Source: Wolbachia endosymbiont of Dirofilaria (Dirofilaria) immitis (GTDB lineage: Bacteria > Pseudomonadota > Alphaproteobacteria > Rickettsiales > Anaplasmataceae). From it: a stretch of 32,000 nucleotides of DNA. The stretch is taken from NCBI RefSeq assembly GCF_013365455.1, contig NZ_CP046578.1, positions 300,001 to 332,000 on the forward strand. The letters run 5' to 3'. The notes beneath the pieces were generated by a model. That model ran no database searches. It was not told where the DNA came from and worked only from the letters and a program-made list of their open reading frames with translations. The stretch's first letter is position 1. Each line of letters starts with the position of its first letter. Positions 27,640-32,000 of this stretch are shown here, piece by piece. The translations under genes were made by a program, and so were the position numbers.

Positions 27640-28947
27640 ATGAATAATATTGTAATTGTTGGTTTACAGTGGGGCGATGAAGGAAAAGGTAAAATAGTAG
27701 ACTACCTTTCTGAAAATGCTAGTGTAGTTGTGAGATTTCAGGGGGGAAATAATGCAGGGCATACCATAGTAGTAGATGGTGAAGTTTATAAATTAAATTT
27801 GCTACCTTCTGCTGTTTTAAGGACAAGTAAGATATCTATTATAGGAAATGGTGTTGCTCTTGATTTGCATGCTCTAATCTCAGAAATAGAATTGTTAAAA
27901 AATAGAGGTATAGATATCAATCCTAACAATTTGATGATATCTGAAAGCTGTCCATTAATACTCAGTGTACATAAGGATAAGGAAAGGTTGTTTGAAAATT
28001 TAAATGGAAATCACAAAATTGGTACAACAAACAAGGGAATAGGGCCATGTTATGAAGATAAAGTTGGAAGAAGAGCTATACGTCTTTGTGACTTAGAAAA
28101 TATAGATGAGCTTGATAAAAAAGTGGATACTCTTCTGAGTTACCACAATGCTATCAGGCAGGGCCTAAGCTGTCAAGTGGTAAGAAAGGAAGAAGTATTG
28201 AAGGAAATTAAAAAAATCTCAAGAAAAATTCTTCCGTATAAGAAACCAGTATGGAGAATATTGAATGACCTTACAAAAGAAGGCAAGGAAATAATATTTG
28301 AAGGTGCCCAAGGCACATTTTTAGATGTTGACCATGGGACATATCCTTTTGTTACTTCAAGCAATACTGTAGCGTCGCAAGCAATAATAGGTTCAGGGTT
28401 CTCTTTCAATGCTTATGTTATTGGTGTAGCAAAAGCTTATACAACAAGAGTAGGAAATGGTCCGTTTCCTACTGAACAGAAAAATGAAGTGGGAGATAGC
28501 TTATTTTCTATAGGCAAGGAGCTTGGAACGGTAAGTAATAGAAAAAGGCGCTGCGGTTGGTTTGATGCAGTTTTGGTTCGTCAAGCAGTACAGCTTTCTG
28601 GAGTTTCAAGTGTTATATTAACTAAACTAGATATTCTTGATTCTTTTGACAAAATTAAAATATGTACTGGATATGGGTATAATGGAAGTGTATTGTACGA
28701 TTATTTACCAGCACTACATTCGATACAAGGAAAATTGGAGCCGATATATGAAGAATTTCCTGGCTGGAGGGAAAGCACTCAGGGTAAAAGGTTGGTCAAA
28801 GAGTTACCCACAAATTTAATAAGGTATATAAGAAGAGTAGAGGAATTAGTAGGTGTGCCAATTCATTTAATTTCAACTAGCCCAAAAAGGGAGGATGTTA
28901 TTAAGCTCAGAGATTTTAAACTTTCTAGGAGTGCTCTTATGTCTTAA
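27640..28947 (+). CDS. purA: adenylosuccinate synthetase
   Basis: The sequence MNNIVIVGLQWGDEGKGKIVDYL...FQGGNNAGHT...GTTNKGIGPCYEDK...TKLDIL is typical of PurA. I chose ATG 27640 (GAAGG upstream) over the listed TTG 27586, because PurA proteins begin right at the GxQWGDEGKGK P-loop. Confidence 0.95.
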   Translation: MNNIVIVGLQWGDEGKGKIVDYLSENASVVVRFQGGNNAGHTIVVDGEVYKLNLLPSAVLRTSKISIIGNGVALDLHALISEIELLKNRGIDINPNNLMISESCPLILSVHKDKERLFENLNGNHKIGTTNKGIGPCYEDKVGRRAIRLCDLENIDELDKKVDTLLSYHNAIRQGLSCQVVRKEEVLKEIKKISRKILPYKKPVWRILNDLTKEGKEIIFEGAQGTFLDVDHGTYPFVTSSNTVASQAIIGSGFSFNAYVIGVAKAYTTRVGNGPFPTEQKNEVGDSLFSIGKELGTVSNRKRRCGWFDAVLVRQAVQLSGVSSVILTKLDILDSFDKIKICTGYGYNGSVLYDYLPALHSIQGKLEPIYEEFPGWRESTQGKRLVKELPTNLIRYIRRVEELVGVPIHLISTSPKREDVIKLRDFKLSRSALMS

Positions 28948-29330
28948 TTACCTGTTGCCTATAAAAGTGCTTTCTTAACAGAAGAGTATTTAAGGTAACT
29001 TGAATATATTTTATTAGCTAAAATAGCTTCGTATTATAAAGCTATGGTGAAAGTTGATTCAGCATGTAAAGAGGAGTAAAAAAGTTAAATTCAAGTCTAA
29101 CACTTGTGGTTATTTTTAACTTGATTAAGCTTTCTGATCAGAGTTAGCGTAAAGAAGGTTGTTAGCTTTAAAGTATGATTATTTATTTAAGTTGGATATA
29201 TTTAGCTTATGAGGTAGAAAGAAGTGAAACGATAGAAGAGGAAAAAGCAAGTAACCTTTTTTGGAAGATAATCTTTTTATACTGCCAGAGCAGTTCTTAT
29301 CTTGAATGTAATAAATAGTTTAATGGTGTT

Positions 29331-29498
29331 ATGTTACTTGTACCTTTAAAGAGTAGTATTGGTAAAATAGGAAAGAGTGGATCTTTATATGAGAAAGAAT
29401 TAAAAGCTTTAACTAATCTTGCAGAAGATTTTAATGCAACATATATTGCTTTACTGCCAGTTAAGGTTTTTTTTACACAACGAGGTTCCGATAGATAA
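29331..29498 (+). CDS. candidate 55-aa ORF or leading fragment of an eroded plus-strand gene
   Basis: The product is MLLVPLKSSIGKIGKSGSLYEKELKALTNLAEDFNATYIALLPVKVFFTQRGSDR, with protein-like composition. Further protein-like pieces follow in other frames (KKGFYYCNLYKKWQKIYLVDVL; LNAAFNLYIRWVLSLYSIMKD). Confidence 0.2.
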   Translation: MLLVPLKSSIGKIGKSGSLYEKELKALTNLAEDFNATYIALLPVKVFFTQRGSDR

Positions 29499-29928
29499 TG
29501 ATATATAGGATTCCTTTTAAGAGCTTATGAAGAATAAGAAGGGCTTTTACTACTGTAATCTTTACAAGAAGTGGCAAAAGATTTATCTAGTAGACGTACT
29601 CTAAATGCAGCTTTCAACTTATATATAAGATGGGTACTATCTCTTTATAGTATAATGAAAGATTGAAAGGACAAGAAGCAATGAATAGAAAAGGTAACAT
29701 GGAGAAATATGTTTTATATAGTAATATGTGAAAGATTTGGGAATATGATTAATTAATTCATTAAAAAATAGCAGATACGATTTCTGTGAGGGGATTTGAT
29801 GATATACGTTTTAATTTTCTGGTTTCTGTTCAAAAAGGACTGTAAATCGTTGCATATGCTGCGGTTATGGTGATGAGAATATAAATAGCCTAGCTTTTTC
29901 TCTTAGATATCATGCTGGTGGTTTAAAT

Positions 29929-30657
29929 TTATATTAAACTTTCCATTTTATATTGGGAATCAGATGCAACTCCGTATACTCTATTTGGTGGGATGATTTT
30001 ATTTTTTATACCAAAGTTAATGCCTTTAGTTATAGCTGCTAGTACTTTTTCAAGGTTGCAATCTGCTCCGGGGACACGGTGTTCTAAGCGACATTTGCCA
30101 CTGCAACTTAAAATCCTAATTGCAGCAGTTCTATTATTCACACCCCAACTAACTGTAGTTGGGGTGTGAATATCCGGATATTGAAATCTGAGATATGAGT
30201 TATTATTGGGAGCAAAGAATAACATATCTTTTTTCATCATAGCACATAACCCACCAATGCTGTAAATCAAGAAGTCACTATACCTTTGTTTACTGTAATA
30301 AAATAAGTTGCTATTGTGTAAGTCAACTAAATTGACGTGCACGTTTAATGCACTGCCTGCTCTATCTAAGTAAGGTTTTGCTTTAAAGGAAACATTACCA
30401 CCAAGTTTTTGTGCTGTTTCAGTAATTAATCCTTTTGCTAACTCAAAATTCTTAATTAAGTTATTAAAGTCCATGTAACAACCACTTTTTGTTTCATATT
30501 GATGTATAGAGCTCTCTTTCTCACAGGAAAATCCAAGTAAAGCTATTTTATCTTTAACACTATTGAGAAATAAATACTCTTTCTCTATTCCTTCTGTATA
30601 AAATTCTAATTCAATTCCAAATTGTACATGACAGTTCAAATTATCTAATATGTTCAT
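29929..30657 (-). CDS. glutamine synthetase-family protein, catalytic-domain-only (242 aa)
   Basis: GS catalytic motifs occur in order: GIELEFY; KAKPYLDRAGSALNVHVNL (compare KP..GSGMHCHMSL); NNNSYLRF (NSYxR); NNRTAAIRI (NRSAxIRIP); and RLEHRVPGADCN (ExRxPxxDxN). There is no N-terminal beta-grasp domain, and the protein is much shorter than canonical GlnA. Confidence 0.75.
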   Translation of the reverse strand: MNILDNLNCHVQFGIELEFYTEGIEKEYLFLNSVKDKIALLGFSCEKESSIHQYETKSGCYMDFNNLIKNFELAKGLITETAQKLGGNVSFKAKPYLDRAGSALNVHVNLVDLHNSNLFYYSKQRYSDFLIYSIGGLCAMMKKDMLFFAPNNNSYLRFQYPDIHTPTTVSWGVNNRTAAIRILSCSGKCRLEHRVPGADCNLEKVLAAITKGINFGIKNKIIPPNRVYGVASDSQYKMESLI

Positions 30658-30966
30658 AGATTTACTTCAGTAAGTTTATATTAAGTTAATTATATTTATA
30701 CTAGCACTTTACTTTTTGCTAATAGATTTAATACCCTATTTATGTAGTGTATTGTTGTTTTTTAATGCATTGCTAACTCTTGAAGCAAGTTATGGCTTAT
30801 TTGTTGAAAGAAAAATGATCAATTTTAGTACTTTTATACCCTTTACAACTTATCAAAAATCACCATAATTTTTAGTGTATATTGAGTATTGTTGGCTTTT
30901 CACTTTGCAGTAAGCTGTTGATTATCTTTTATTTTTCTAATTGTTACTTTTTTCTTGGTATGGTGT

Positions 30967-32000
30967 ATGAGCTTAATTAACCCTAAGGTTTCTGCTATGT
31001 TTTTTGACCAGATTGTTACAGTGACAGATCATAACATTGCTTGGGAGAAAATCCAGAATTGTCTTTATAATCTTTATGGAGAGGCAACATATAACAGCTG
31101 GCTAAGTTCACTTAGGTTTATCAGTAGTAGTAACGAGGAAGTTTTATTGTCTGTGCCAACAAGATTTATAAAGGAATGGATTACAGTTCATTATATGGAG
31201 AAGATATTATCTTTATGGCAAAGTGAGGATAAGAGTATACGTTCTATTGATATTCGGGTAACTGAGGGAAAGGATTTAAATTCTAATGTTATAGCAAGAA
31301 GCAAGGAGGAGAATAGTCATGGTCTTGGTTCACCACTTGACCCGAGATTTACCTTTGATAATTTTGTGGTAGGAAAGCCAAATGAACTAGCGTTTACGGC
31401 TGCGAAGCGTGTAGCAGAGGTGGATCCAATACCAGGTAGCAATCCTCTGTTTCTATATGGTGGAGTAGGGCTTGGTAAAACACACCTTATGCATGCTATA
31501 GCTTGGCACATAGTCAATTCTCTTCTGGAAAAGAGAAAAGTAGTGTATTTATCGGCAGAAAAATTCATGTATCAATATATTACAGCACTGCGAAGTAAAG
31601 ATATCATGTTATTTAAAGAACAATTTAGGTCGGTAGATGTGTTAATGGTAGACGACGTGCAGTTCATTAGTGGTAAAGATAGTACACAGGAAGAGTTTTT
31701 TCACACTTTTAATGCATTAATAGATCAAAATAAGCAGTTGGTTATATCAGCTGATAGATCTCCTAGTGATCTTGATGGGGTAGAGGAAAGGATAAAATCT
31801 CGGCTTGGTTGGGGATTGGTAGCAGATATTAATGAAACGACTTTTGAGTTAAGGCTTGGTATATTGCAGGCTAAGGTAGAACAAATGAATATATATGTTC
31901 CGGATGATGTTTTAGAGTTTCTAGCAAGAAACATAAAATCTAATATAAGAGAGCTAGAGGGAGCCTTAAATAAAGTTGCTCATACTTCATTGATTGGAAG
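30967..32000 (+). CDS. dnaA: chromosomal replication initiator DnaA (3' end lies outside the window)
   Basis: It is not in the ORF track because it runs off the window. Frame 1 from ATG 30967 reads [46 protein letters not shown]...[28 protein letters not shown]...[22 protein letters not shown]...[24 protein letters not shown], which covers domain I and the AAA+ Walker A and B motifs. Confidence 0.95.
   Translation, partial: MSLINPKVSAMFFDQIVTVTDHNIAWEKIQNCLYNLYGEATYNSWLSSLRFISSSNEEVLLSVPTRFIKEWITVHYMEKILSLWQSEDKSIRSIDIRVTEGKDLNSNVIARSKEENSHGLGSPLDPRFTFDNFVVGKPNELAFTAAKRVAEVDPIPGSNPLFLYGGVGLGKTHLMHAIAWHIVNSLLEKRKVVYLSAEKFMYQYITALRSKDIMLFKEQFRSVDVLMVDDVQFISGKDSTQEEFFHTFNALIDQNKQLVISADRSPSDLDGVEERIKSRLGWGLVADINETTFELRLGILQAKVEQMNIYVPDDVLEFLARNIKSNIRELEGALNKVAHTSLIG

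Noticed and set aside
30658-30966. A search for DnaA boxes or oriC features in the 309-bp region upstream of dnaA.
   Set aside because: The best match is a single TTATCAAAA (7/9 to TTATCCACA, near 30850), plus one 5/9 site. No cluster of boxes is present. In this bacterial family the origin has been predicted elsewhere, so I make no origin call.

Overview
The window looks like a low-GC, reduced genome of an obligate intracellular alphaproteobacterium. Gene content and protein sequences fit Anaplasmataceae, and the very long ORF-free spacers fit Ehrlichia (E. ruminantium-like). This identification is an inference; no search was run.

Recognisable genes, almost all housekeeping:
- carB (3' end) and tRNA-Asp
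- the conserved co-oriented cluster rpsB-tsf-pyrH-frr-uppS-cdsA
- a small zf-CHCC protein and coaD (frameshifted) on the minus strand
- tRNA-Phe and a class I amidotransferase/peptidase C26-like exported protein
- ppdK, glpX, ychF (minus), a CCA-adding/poly(A) polymerase family enzyme, mrp/apbC, a UbiH/UbiF-family monooxygenase, a Bcr/CflA-type MFS transporter and purA
- a compact glutamine-synthetase-like protein (minus) and the 5' two thirds of dnaA

By my coordinates only about 19 kb of the 32 kb is intact gene. About 12 kb sits in eight spacers of 0.3 to 3.8 kb.

I saw no CRISPR array, IS or transposase, integrase, phage gene, rRNA or obvious tandem repeat. I found no convincing multi-gene novel system.

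Observations most worth a second look:
1. A 30-bp uninterrupted long-range RNA helix in the frr-uppS spacer. It holds seven G-U pairs, so it folds only in the sense transcript, and it competes with a local hairpin.
2. A perfect 38+38 bp palindrome just downstream of tRNA-Phe, with the start codon of the next ORF at its tip.
3. A one-base frameshift in an A6 run of coaD.
4. A recognisable but nonsense- and frameshift-riddled N-terminal domain upstream of a shortened mrp/apbC that also lacks the CXXC motif.
5. Spacers made of blocks of alternating strong purine or pyrimidine skew. They contain frame-broken, protein-like fragments, consistent with eroded genes.

All structure and composition statements are hand-derived from the sequence and need computational confirmation.
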